22,996 bases of DNA from an uncultured bacterium. Its GTDB lineage: Bacteria; Hydrogenedentota; Hydrogenedentia; Hydrogenedentales; JAEUWI01. Positions 1 to 8,169 of this stretch are shown piece after piece (within the stretch, counting starts at the first letter, position 1; every line of letters starts with the position of its first letter). The notes beneath the pieces are model-generated. The model made no database searches. It was not told the DNA's origin and saw only the letters and a list, made by a program, of their open reading frames with translations. The DNA lies in the NCBI GenBank assembly GCA_963977445.1, contig CAXBPH010000093.1:1-22996 (forward strand), written 5' to 3'. A program made the position numbers and the translations under genes.

Positions 1-263
1 TTATGCCGGAGAAAAATATGAGCATACAAGACTCTTGCGGTTTTCGTCTACGACAACACGCCTGCAGTATGCGTTTCTGGGTTAAAAAGTAAACTCGCCG
101 GAAAGTGTCTCATCTCCGGCGTGTTTAACATTTTCTTCACGATCCTCCAGGACACAGAGCAATCCATGCGCCCAAAAATACCGCACATCCGGTTTTTTTG
201 ACTGGCGTTTTACTACCCTTCTCCCCATGTGAATCATGTTTTTGATGGGGTTTGTCATGCTGT

Positions 264-1430
264 TTATCCATGGGTTGCTGCCCATGCGGCAGCGGTCTTG
301 TTGTCGCGGTGGACGTAGACCTGGGTGATATTCAATCCACTGTGGCCGAGAATGGCGGAGGCGGTTTCGAGATCGGCTGTTGCCTCCATAATCGTCGCGG
401 CTGTATGACGGAGACGATACGGACACCAGCGTTCAACATCGGCTTTCGTGCAGGCCCGAGTAATGGCACGATTGTAGGCATGCGCTTCATAGTGGTCTCC
501 CACGGTTCGACCGGATTTGTTGCGATTCGGCTTCTGATTGGCACGGCGTCCCTTACCCGTACGATCCCGTACGTGGCGTTCCTTCTCGGCTTCCCTCGGG
601 CTGAAAAGATAGTCGTCGTCATTCCGTAGTAGGAACGGCCGCAAAACCGCCTGAGCTCGTGGGCCAAAGAACAGGCTACGCTTCTTCCCTTTGTAGTTGG
701 TTTTATGCTCCCGAATGACAGCGGACCATGTCTCTCCACTACAATCCAAATCTCCACGCTTCAAATTCAGAATCTCGGAGGGCCGAGCTCCCGTACACAA
801 TTGGAGCCGCACGATGGCTTGAAGCGGTTTCGTCAGGTGCTCCAGCGTAGCGTCGATATCGGCCATAGGAACCGGTTCACGCTCTACGGGGTCCTTCCCA
901 ACGCCTCGACCTTTACGCAGTCCGGGTAGCGTCGCCAGTGCCTGATAGGTTTCAACAGGAATCATCTCGTAACTAACTGCCCATTTGAACATGCGGCGAA
1001 TCATGCCCACCCGGCTATTGATGGTTGTAATGGAAAGGTTGTCGTCTATCCAGTGCTGCCGCACCGCTCGAAGCGCATTCGGCCCAAAGGAAGCCGCCGG
1101 GATCTCCGCGTACAACGCCAGAACCTTTTTGATGGTGGCCACGTTCTCAATTTGGGTGGAACTTGGATTGCCGCTTGCGTCACGGTAGTAGACTTCACAG
1201 TGCTCAAGATACTGGTCGGCCAGTTCAAGCAGGGTGATTTCTTCGGGCGCTACGGGGAGACGATGACCGTTGGCCATCCACTCTGAGATGAAGGCGTGGT
1301 AGGCCTGCTTTGTTGACTGAAGGTCGTAGCGGCCCAGATAATGGCGTTTGCCATCAATTTCGACAAAACCCTGGTTGCTGGGCTTATGATGGCGGAAGGT
1401 GGGGGTACGGGGAATGCGAATCGTGGCCAT
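264..1430 (-). CDS. Tyrosine recombinase / phage-type integrase
   Basis: Catalytic motifs TGARPSE (Arg), YRLRH (HxxR-like), LGH and VY (Tyr). The N-terminal HKPSNQGFVEIDGKRHYLG resembles planctomycete-type integrases. Start moved from 1535 to ATG 1430, which is preceded by AGGAG. Adjacent to the tRNA 3' end. Confidence 0.95.
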   Translation of the reverse strand: MATIRIPRTPTFRHHKPSNQGFVEIDGKRHYLGRYDLQSTKQAYHAFISEWMANGHRLPVAPEEITLLELADQYLEHCEVYYRDASGNPSSTQIENVATIKKVLALYAEIPAASFGPNALRAVRQHWIDDNLSITTINSRVGMIRRMFKWAVSYEMIPVETYQALATLPGLRKGRGVGKDPVEREPVPMADIDATLEHLTKPLQAIVRLQLCTGARPSEILNLKRGDLDCSGETWSAVIREHKTNYKGKKRSLFFGPRAQAVLRPFLLRNDDDYLFSPREAEKERHVRDRTGKGRRANQKPNRNKSGRTVGDHYEAHAYNRAITRACTKADVERWCPYRLRHTAATIMEATADLETASAILGHSGLNITQVYVHRDNKTAAAWAATHG

Positions 1431-1449
1431 TTTGGCTGCTCCTATTGGG

Positions 1450-1473
1450 CGTTCGGTTAGTACTAACCGAACG
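1450..1473. repeat. Perfect 24-bp palindrome upstream of the integrase
   Basis: CGTTCGGTTAGTACTAACCGAACG is its own reverse complement. It is followed by TTTT on the + strand. Confidence 0.9.
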
Positions 1474-1547
1474 TTTTCAAGGTTTACAGCCGCACCGACG
1501 CGATGTCGGGTACCACGTAACTCGTGATTCAGCAAAGAGTTATAAAA

Positions 1548-1624
1548 TGGTGGGCGATGCAGGATTCGAACCTGCGACCCTCTGTGTGTAAGACAGATGC
1601 TCTAACCAACTGAGCTAATCGCCC
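1548..1624 (-). tRNA. tRNA-Val (anticodon TAC)
   Basis: Reverse complement GGGCGATTAGCTCAGTTGGTTAGAGCATCTGTCTTACACACAGAGGGTCGCAGGTTCGAATCCTGCATCGCCCACCA gives a 77-nt cloverleaf with anticodon loop CTTACAC, T-loop TTCGAAT and encoded CCA. Confidence 0.98.
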
Positions 1625-1662
1625 ATGGGCCTGACGGGTGGTCAGGCAACTAAGGGACGGAT

Positions 1663-1691
1663 AGTATATCATTTGACGGGGATGGCATCAA
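1663..1691 (-). promoter_or_regulatory. Sigma70-type promoter for tRNA-Val
   Basis: Minus strand reads TTGATG-N17-TATACT with an extended -10 TGn, about 40 bp upstream of the tRNA. Confidence 0.75.
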
Positions 1692-1892
1692 CTTGTAACC
1701 GGAAGTTTTTTACGGACGTCTTTTTCTATTCCAATTGAGAAATTGATGCCGAGGAGAACATTTCTCGAAGAAGGCCCGGATGCGGACAGAGAAATTGGCG
1801 GGACTACTATCATGATAGAATTTATCCGCTTGGTGTGATTGTACAGTTGTACACCTTGCTCAAAGATTGCTGGATTATTACCAATAGATAAC

Positions 1893-1921
1893 TTGACGTG
1901 TTGGCTGTGGGTACCTACACT
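1893..1921 (+). promoter_or_regulatory. Sigma70-type promoter for the DUF347 gene
   Basis: TTGACG-N17-TACACT. Confidence 0.6.
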
Positions 1922-2071
1922 GAATCCACTCGATAGTCACCGTTTGTGGTCAACACGGTCATTCAGACGTCCAAGGCGAGATGAGAGAAGCTGAGGCGCA
2001 GGCGACATTCTTGGCGATAGAACGTTCCGTTCATTGATAATATCCACTGTAGCCTCAAGGAGTATAACGAT

Positions 2072-2848
2072 ATGAATAAGGTCAACGATTTGAATAAGAC
2101 CACCGACACAGGCTTCAGCAAAGTTCCGGAACTTACACTTCTTTTCTGGATTATCAAGATTGCGGCCACCACACTCGGAGAGACCGGTGGTGACGCGGTT
2201 TCGATGTCGATGAATCTCGGGTATCTGGTTGGCACGTTGATATTCGGCGTAATTTTTGCCGTAGCCGTATACGCGCAGATACGGGCATCGCGATTCCACC
2301 CAGCGCTATATTGGATCACGATTATTGCCACGACGACCGTGGGAACGACGTTGGCGGACTTTGCAGACCGTTCCCTTGGTATTGGTTATCCCGGTGGCGC
2401 GACGTTGTTATTTATCCTCTTGATAACGTCTCTTTTTGTCTGGTACCGCACACTGGGCACGGTTTCCGTTGAGAGCGTAAGTACGCGAAAATCAGAGATT
2501 TTCTATTGGGTAACGATAATGTTTTCGCAAACCCTGGGCACGGCCCTTGGAGATTGGACCGCCGACACGGCAGGCCTAGGTTATGGTGGGAGCGCGATAA
2601 TATTCGGCGCGTTATTGGCGATTGTCGCGGCTGCCTATTTCTGGTCGTCTGTTTCCCATACGATCCTCTTTTGGGCAGCTTTCGTACTTACCCGACCACT
2701 TGGCGCGGTCGTTGGCGACTTGCTCGACAAACCCATTGATGCGGGCGGACTGGCATTTAGTCGCTATACGGCATCGGCGGTACTTATCGTGTTCATCGTA
2801 ATCTGCATTTATGCTTTCCCCCACCGGCCCGCAAAACAAAGCCACTAA
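2072..2848 (+). CDS. COG4705 / DUF347-repeat integral membrane protein
   Basis: Starts SKVPELTLLFWIIKIAATTLGETGGD, with internal repeats (TTVGTTLAD, QTLGTALGD, TRPLGAVVGD) and multiple TM helices. AAGGAG RBS. Confidence 0.88.
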   Translation: MNKVNDLNKTTDTGFSKVPELTLLFWIIKIAATTLGETGGDAVSMSMNLGYLVGTLIFGVIFAVAVYAQIRASRFHPALYWITIIATTTVGTTLADFADRSLGIGYPGGATLLFILLITSLFVWYRTLGTVSVESVSTRKSEIFYWVTIMFSQTLGTALGDWTADTAGLGYGGSAIIFGALLAIVAAAYFWSSVSHTILFWAAFVLTRPLGAVVGDLLDKPIDAGGLAFSRYTASAVLIVFIVICIYAFPHRPAKQSH

Positions 2849-2943
2849 TGGTTGTTTTCACCCCTGATCGCTACCTGTTTTATCGACGGCGGTCATCTTC
2901 GCGAACGCAGAAAGCCATAGTTGCCCTGGGGCGGGCGTATCCG

Positions 2944-2980
2944 GAGGGTCGCAGGTTCGAATCCTGCATCGCCCACCATT
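2944..2980 (+). repeat. att-like 37-bp copy of the tRNA-Val 3' end, inverted relative to the tRNA
   Basis: GAGGGTCGCAGGTTCGAATCCTGCATCGCCCACCATT is the exact reverse complement of 1546-1582. No D-arm or anticodon arm lies upstream, so it is not a full tRNA. Confidence 0.95.
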
Positions 2981-2989
2981 CAACTATAT

Positions 2990-3033
2990 ACGGTTCAAGG
3001 ACTTAATACGTTTTGTCCCTGGGCCGTTTTTTT
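2990..3033 (+). terminator. Rho-independent terminator after the tRNA fragment
   Basis: Stem ACGGTTCAAGGAC / GTCCCTGGGCCGT (2 G-U pairs, 1 mismatch) followed by a T run. Confidence 0.7.
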
Positions 3034-3200
3034 GTGCCCGGAACGGAATAGGGGTGATATTTTCCGGATAATGTGTGGCGTGGGTACGGAGCGTGAACAA
3101 ATCCCGCGAACGCCCAATAGCACCTCTGCTTGAACTGACCTGCGTTTGCAATGCCCTACCAGCTTCTCCATACTTGCAGCCTCAACGAGGAGTATCTTAT

Positions 3201-4346
3201 ATGGACGACGGGCAATCGGACGCGCTAACGTCCGGAGCACCACCGACAAAAGGCGAAAGCGAAAGTTCCCGGCGGCTCATGTCCCTGGACGCGTTGCGCG
3301 GTTTCGATATGTTCTGGATTATCGGTGCGGATGCGCTCGTGGCTTCCATGGCGAAGGTCAGTCATATTGGCATGTTCGGCTTCTTCGCCCACCAACTTAC
3401 CCATGCGGAGTGGGAAGGATTTCGTTTCTACGATCTGATATTTCCGCTGTTTCTTTTCATCGTAGGTATTTCAACGGTTTTTTCCCTTGAGCAGAGCATC
3501 GCGAAGGAAGGAAAGAAGGCCGCCTATTACCGACTTCTTCGCCGATTTGCCTTCCTTTGGTTTTGGGCATTTATTTATAGCGGCGGCTTCGCCCAGGAAA
3601 AGATTAGTTTCGCCGGTGTCCTGCAGCGCATATCCTACTGCTACCTGATTACGTCCCTGCTCTATCTGAATTTCCGGTTGCGGGGTCTGGTGGTGGTGTG
3701 CGTGGCCATACTGATTGGCTATTGGGCACTGATGACCTTCGTACCTGTTCCCGAATTGGGTCGACCGACCTTTGACATGCATACCAACTGGTCCAACTAT
3801 CTCGATCGGCACTATTTGCCGGGAGATCGAGAAGAGAAGGGGTGGCGCAACGAGGGCATGCTCAGCACCGTTCCGGCCATCTCAACCTGTTTGTTGGGTG
3901 TTTTTGCCGGGCTGTTAATCGGTGCAAACTCGGTAACGCCGTGGCGCAAGTTTGCACTTCTTGCTGGAAGCGGAATTGCTCTGGTGGCGTTGGGATTTCT
4001 GTGGGGCCTCCAATTTCCAGTAATTAAGCGTATTTGGACATCCTCCTACGTGCTGGTCGCAGGCGGGTATAGTTGTCTTTTTCTTGCCTTTTTTTATGCC
4101 GTTATCGACATACTGAATTACCGGGCTTGGGCCAGGCCCTTTGTATGGATCGGTGCCAACTCATTGGTGATGTACCTGATTGCAGGGCTCTTGCCCTATC
4201 ACGAGTTTACCGGTCGTATTGTGGCGGGCCCCGTTCAACGTATGTTTTCACCCTATGATGGTGTTGCAGAGACCATCCTCGCACTGGTCCTGGTCACCGT
4301 GTTTGCACACTTCTTATACAAGCGAAAAATATTTCTGCGCGTTTAG
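3201..4346 (+). CDS. Membrane acyltransferase, HGSNAT / NagX-like (DUF5009-type)
   Basis: Motifs RLMSLDALRGFDMFWI, HAEWEGFRFYDLIFPLFLFIVG, GVLQRI, EGMLST and PVIKRIWTSSYVL. ATG 3201 follows a GAGGAG RBS. Confidence 0.88.
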   Translation: MDDGQSDALTSGAPPTKGESESSRRLMSLDALRGFDMFWIIGADALVASMAKVSHIGMFGFFAHQLTHAEWEGFRFYDLIFPLFLFIVGISTVFSLEQSIAKEGKKAAYYRLLRRFAFLWFWAFIYSGGFAQEKISFAGVLQRISYCYLITSLLYLNFRLRGLVVVCVAILIGYWALMTFVPVPELGRPTFDMHTNWSNYLDRHYLPGDREEKGWRNEGMLSTVPAISTCLLGVFAGLLIGANSVTPWRKFALLAGSGIALVALGFLWGLQFPVIKRIWTSSYVLVAGGYSCLFLAFFYAVIDILNYRAWARPFVWIGANSLVMYLIAGLLPYHEFTGRIVAGPVQRMFSPYDGVAETILALVLVTVFAHFLYKRKIFLRV

Positions 4347-4593
4347 CGTGGACAGGGGCTTAAGGTGTTGTTCACCATCTGATGTGGCTGCCTTCGGTGT
4401 CGCCAGATAGGGCTCCGACCATGACGGGATGGTTGTGGTATTCGGGTGAACCCGTCGTTCACGCGAAGGGGGGCGTAGCGCGAATGCAGAAAGCCATCGT
4501 CACCCTTGGGATTGCCGCGCTCGTGGGACTTCTGAGAGCAGAAATAGCTTTCAATTTGGCGATACGAAAGACGTTTTCCCGTGGGGGATTTTG

Positions 4594-4761
4594 GGGTGCC
4601 ACGGTCAAGCCCTCAGGGCTTGCCCGTGCTAACATTGGCGCACAGAGAAGTGCATACACGTTCTTTATCCAATACAGAAAGCATCGTTTACTTCACAGAC
4701 GCGTTTGAGTCGACCTCCCGTCCCAGCACGGGCAAGCCTTGCGGGCTTGTCCGTGGCACCC
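4594..4761. repeat. REP-like inverted doublet (REPIN/BIME-like), family 1
   Basis: 4594-4630 GGGTGCCACGGTCAAGCCCTCAGGGCTTGCCCGTGCT and 4725-4761 are inverted copies (34/37 identical). Each has an internal hairpin. 94-bp spacer, located between convergent genes. Confidence 0.8.
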
Positions 4762-4878
4762 AAACGTACGCTTCGCTCCAATACGGTCGACTTAGCGGCC
4801 CACGCCTTTTTTTGGAAGTCCCCGCTCGTGGGAATTGGCACCTTTTTTAGCCCAGTGGCCTCTGCCTCGTCCTCGCTT

Positions 4879-7827
4879 TTACCGGCGAGCTGGCGCTTCG
4901 CCGAGGCCGAGGGCGGGCAGGCCTTCGGTGTGATTGATGTTCGTGCGCCAGAGAACGGTCTGGCCGTCGCTGCTCTGGGTGGAAAAGAAGAGCCATTCGC
5001 CACCGTCGGTGAGATTGGTGGGATTCCATTGTGGGCCTCGATTCGTCGTGCCTCCGGCAATTTGAACCTGATTGGTGCCTTTCGAAATGCAAAGGATTGC
5101 ATTGCTCGCTACGATGTCGATTTGACTGAGTCGTGCCGTGAACACCAGATGGTCCTCACCCCACTGGATAAATTCCCGTGGCGTGCCACTTTTGGCACCC
5201 AGGTAGGCATCGTATACAAGTTCCGTGCCGTCTCGGGTGCCATTGGATCGCCAGAGTTCGGTGCCATGAATACCGTCGTCGGCGGCAAAATAAATATAGC
5301 CATCGAAGACTTTGAAGTCATGGGGGAAGCTGCCCTGGGGGCCTGGAAAAATGTCGCGGACGAGGGTGGTCGTGGCGTTGGTGGCATCGGTGACCCATAG
5401 TTCAGCGCCATACTCGCTGGTGGTGTTGACGATGACGATTCGGTCGCCCAAGGTTGCCCAGGGGGAACTCGCAGGCATGGGGGCCTGTACGGCATCCAGG
5501 CGGTCAAAAAGGGGCTTCGTTCCCGTGGCGGTGCCGTCTGTTTCCCAGAGCACCCGTCCCAAGGTTGGGTGGTCCGCGCCAAACAGCGCTCGATTGCCAA
5601 CAAGGAGGGTGCCATGTGCGCCGCCATCTTCAGGACCGGGCAGGCAATCAAAGAGCAGGTGGGTGCCTTCCGTTGTGCCATCACTGAACCAGAGCTCTTC
5701 ACCGTGCACACCATCATCGGCGGTAAAAAGTAATCCGTCGCCGAATTCGCAAAAGGCGAAGGGGTTACCGGAGGCCACCCCCGGCGCGATGTCGCGGACC
5801 ATGCGGGTGCCTTCGTGTGTACCATCGGATACCCAGAGTTCCTGACCGTTTTCGGCCGTGAGGGCGCTGAAAAAGAGGAGGCCGCCCGACTCGGTGAAGC
5901 GATAGGGACTGGCGTCCATCGGACCGGGATTAATATCGCGGAGGAAGCGGGTGCCGCCGTCGGTGCCATCGGTAAACCAGAGTTCCCGACCGGACTCCGG
6001 GGTTGTCGCTACGATGACAGCGCCATCGCGAAAGGGGGCCATTTGCGGGTCCTGCAAACCGCCCTGTTCGCCCGGATAGAATTCATGAATTAATCGAAGA
6101 CTGCCGGGCTTGGGGCTCGCGCCCCAAAGCTCTCGTCCTCTATTTCCATCACTCGCTTCGGCGATCACCTGTTCGTCGAGGGTTAAGAACTCACCGATGG
6201 AAGTCGCACCGGAGTCAGCAGGCCAGAGCAAATAGGGCTCCTCAGCGTCCTTGGGCCAATGATACAGGGCCCCGGTGGTATGGCATGTGAAATACATGCC
6301 TCCAGATTGTGTAAATCTGATACCCGTGACGATGGGTAAATACCTGTCCCCCCACCGTTGGCGCGTTCCCTCGATGGTGCCGTCGGTCTCCCAAAGGCCA
6401 AACGTATTATCACCGGCGATTCGGTTGAACCACACTTTCCCATCACGGGCTCCCAGCAGCTCGATGCGATTGGCGTCCACGCTGGTGGCGTAGGCCAGTA
6501 CGGTGGTTCCTTCCGGCGTGCCATCGGTTCGGAAAAGGCGGATGCCATCCGATTTCGTGCGGACGACGCCGACCATGCCGTTTGCTACCGGATGACCGCC
6601 ATCCTTGAAGACGTTGTCATCGGGGCCCAGAGACAGCTCGGGCCACAAGGGAACTACGTCGCCTGTCGTCGTGTTATAGCTCCAAAGGCTGCGCCAGTCC
6701 CCGACGACGGCCGTAAATACGACGTAGTCTCCCACGGCGGCAAGATGGGCGACATCGGGAGAAACCACGGGCGTGGTCGACGGGGCATCGGGCAGTTTAG
6801 TTATTTCTTCCGTCGGAACGATGGTGGGCTCCGAGGAGGGCAATAGATACCAGGTAAATCCTGCCACCAGCATCACGAAGGTCGCCGCAGCGAGCGCCAG
6901 CCATCGTGGGGCGCGGTGAGCAACGCGTGGACGGCGAAGTCCTCCGGGCGGGGTGACGCGCATGGTCTCCGTGCCGCCATCGGGCAGGTCTAAAAACTCC
7001 TCGGTCTCGCGCAGGCGTTGGAGGGCAACCCCGGCGTCCTTTGGGCGATTCGCCGGCGTTACATCGAGCATGTCTTCGAGCAGTGACGCCAGGTCGTCTG
7101 AAATGTCAGGCAACAAGTCGCGCACGGGGACAGCGGAGGCATCGATCGTCTTGCGCATGATATCGAGGGGCGAGTCACCGTCGAAGGGTGTTTTTCCGGC
7201 CAGCAACTCCAGGAGCACCAGCCCCGTACTATACACATCGCCTGCCGGGGAGGGGGGAACCTTGTCCCAGGATTCGGGAGGTGCATATTTTGGGGTGCCG
7301 ATGAAACAGGACGACGTGGCCGTGGCGACGGAGCTAAGACCGAAGGACATGGCCAGACCGAAGTCGGACAAGAGTATGCGGCCGTCGTAGGCAATAAGAA
7401 TATTCGCGGGTTTGACGTCGCGATGAATCATATTTCTGATGTGGCATGCGGCGAGCGCGTTCAGCACACGGTTGACAATGCCCAAGGCATCCGGCCGGTC
7501 TATAGGTCCCCGCAGGAGTATCTGGTCCAGGGAATTTCCATCGATATATTCCATATCGATGAGGTGGCTGCCACCAATTTCTTCAATGGCGTGGACGCGC
7601 ACGATGCCGGGGTGGGTCAACGCCGCAATGGCTTGGGCTTCACGAACAAACCCCGCGACAAACCCAGAATCCAGCGTCAACGCCGGGTGGAGGATTTTCA
7701 GGGCGACTTGCCGACGCAGCCGAGTGTCTTCTGCGAGATAGACCACACCCATCCCGCCACGACCCAACTCGTGCAAGAGACGGTACTTCCCCGTTTGAGC
7801 GAAGCCCTCGTTACTGGTCCCACTCAA
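4879..7827 (-). CDS. Hanks-type Ser/Thr protein kinase with TM helix and C-terminal ELWxxDGT-repeat domain
   Basis: Kinase motifs GRGGMGVVY, VALK, HRDVKPAN, DFG and GTPKYAPPE. TM segment WLALAAATFVMLVAGFTWYLL. About 8-10 repeats such as ELWFTDGT, ELWVSDGT, ELWFSDGT and ELWRSNGT. TTG start is less certain. Confidence 0.92.
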   Translation of the reverse strand: MSGTSNEGFAQTGKYRLLHELGRGGMGVVYLAEDTRLRRQVALKILHPALTLDSGFVAGFVREAQAIAALTHPGIVRVHAIEEIGGSHLIDMEYIDGNSLDQILLRGPIDRPDALGIVNRVLNALAACHIRNMIHRDVKPANILIAYDGRILLSDFGLAMSFGLSSVATATSSCFIGTPKYAPPESWDKVPPSPAGDVYSTGLVLLELLAGKTPFDGDSPLDIMRKTIDASAVPVRDLLPDISDDLASLLEDMLDVTPANRPKDAGVALQRLRETEEFLDLPDGGTETMRVTPPGGLRRPRVAHRAPRWLALAAATFVMLVAGFTWYLLPSSEPTIVPTEEITKLPDAPSTTPVVSPDVAHLAAVGDYVVFTAVVGDWRSLWSYNTTTGDVVPLWPELSLGPDDNVFKDGGHPVANGMVGVVRTKSDGIRLFRTDGTPEGTTVLAYATSVDANRIELLGARDGKVWFNRIAGDNTFGLWETDGTIEGTRQRWGDRYLPIVTGIRFTQSGGMYFTCHTTGALYHWPKDAEEPYLLWPADSGATSIGEFLTLDEQVIAEASDGNRGRELWGASPKPGSLRLIHEFYPGEQGGLQDPQMAPFRDGAVIVATTPESGRELWFTDGTDGGTRFLRDINPGPMDASPYRFTESGGLLFFSALTAENGQELWVSDGTHEGTRMVRDIAPGVASGNPFAFCEFGDGLLFTADDGVHGEELWFSDGTTEGTHLLFDCLPGPEDGGAHGTLLVGNRALFGADHPTLGRVLWETDGTATGTKPLFDRLDAVQAPMPASSPWATLGDRIVIVNTTSEYGAELWVTDATNATTTLVRDIFPGPQGSFPHDFKVFDGYIYFAADDGIHGTELWRSNGTRDGTELVYDAYLGAKSGTPREFIQWGEDHLVFTARLSQIDIVASNAILCISKGTNQVQIAGGTTNRGPQWNPTNLTDGGEWLFFSTQSSDGQTVLWRTNINHTEGLPALGLGEAPARR

Positions 7828-8169
7828 TGGACGGTACCTGCTACGGCTCTGGCAATCATTTGCGCTAAATTCCAGACGATAGTAACCTGCCTCGAACCAT
7901 CACGGCATACCCCGCGACCGTAGGTTCCCAAAACTAATCCGAAGATGAGTGTAATTGGCTTGCACCCACGAATCAATATTGAAAGGCCCTATGGTCTCGC
8001 TCGGTGTCTGCTGATGTTGTCCCATGAACGTGGGCAATGGCGGCCTTGCTGGTTTTGACGCCCTTGCCTGGAGTTGCACGGGGCCGTCGTCTCTGATTAA
8101 ATGGTGCTTTACTATCCTTACCCGCTGTACGCGTTTTCAACGTGAAGTTTACCCTTGGAGATGTTTCCC

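Larger units (their letters stand above)
1..1582 (-). mobile_element. Edge of a tRNA-Val-targeting integrative element / genomic island (extends beyond the left end of the window)
   Basis: Canonical tRNA-then-integrase arrangement. The distal direct-repeat att site is not in the window. Confidence 0.7.

Noticed and set aside
1431..1591. Integrase N-terminal extension to 1535 and ORFs crossing the tRNA fragments (1310-1591, 2921-3133)
   Set aside because: A good RBS precedes ATG 1430. The other ORFs are translations of tRNA or att sequence.
1927..2071. yybP-ykoY (Mn) or other metal riboswitch before the DUF347 gene
   Set aside because: GTCAACACG and GGCGAGA are reminiscent, but the conserved GGGGAGTAG segment is absent.
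2902..2978. Second complete tRNA gene
   Set aside because: Only the 3' 35 nt match. The upstream sequence forms no D-arm or anticodon arm, and the nearby GGGCG could pair with CGCCC by chance.
4382..4708. 108-aa ORF between convergent genes
   Set aside because: Runs through the REP-like repeat, has no recognisable motif and no clear RBS.
4594..4761. CRISPR array
   Set aside because: Only two units, in inverted orientation, with a 94-bp spacer and no cas genes.
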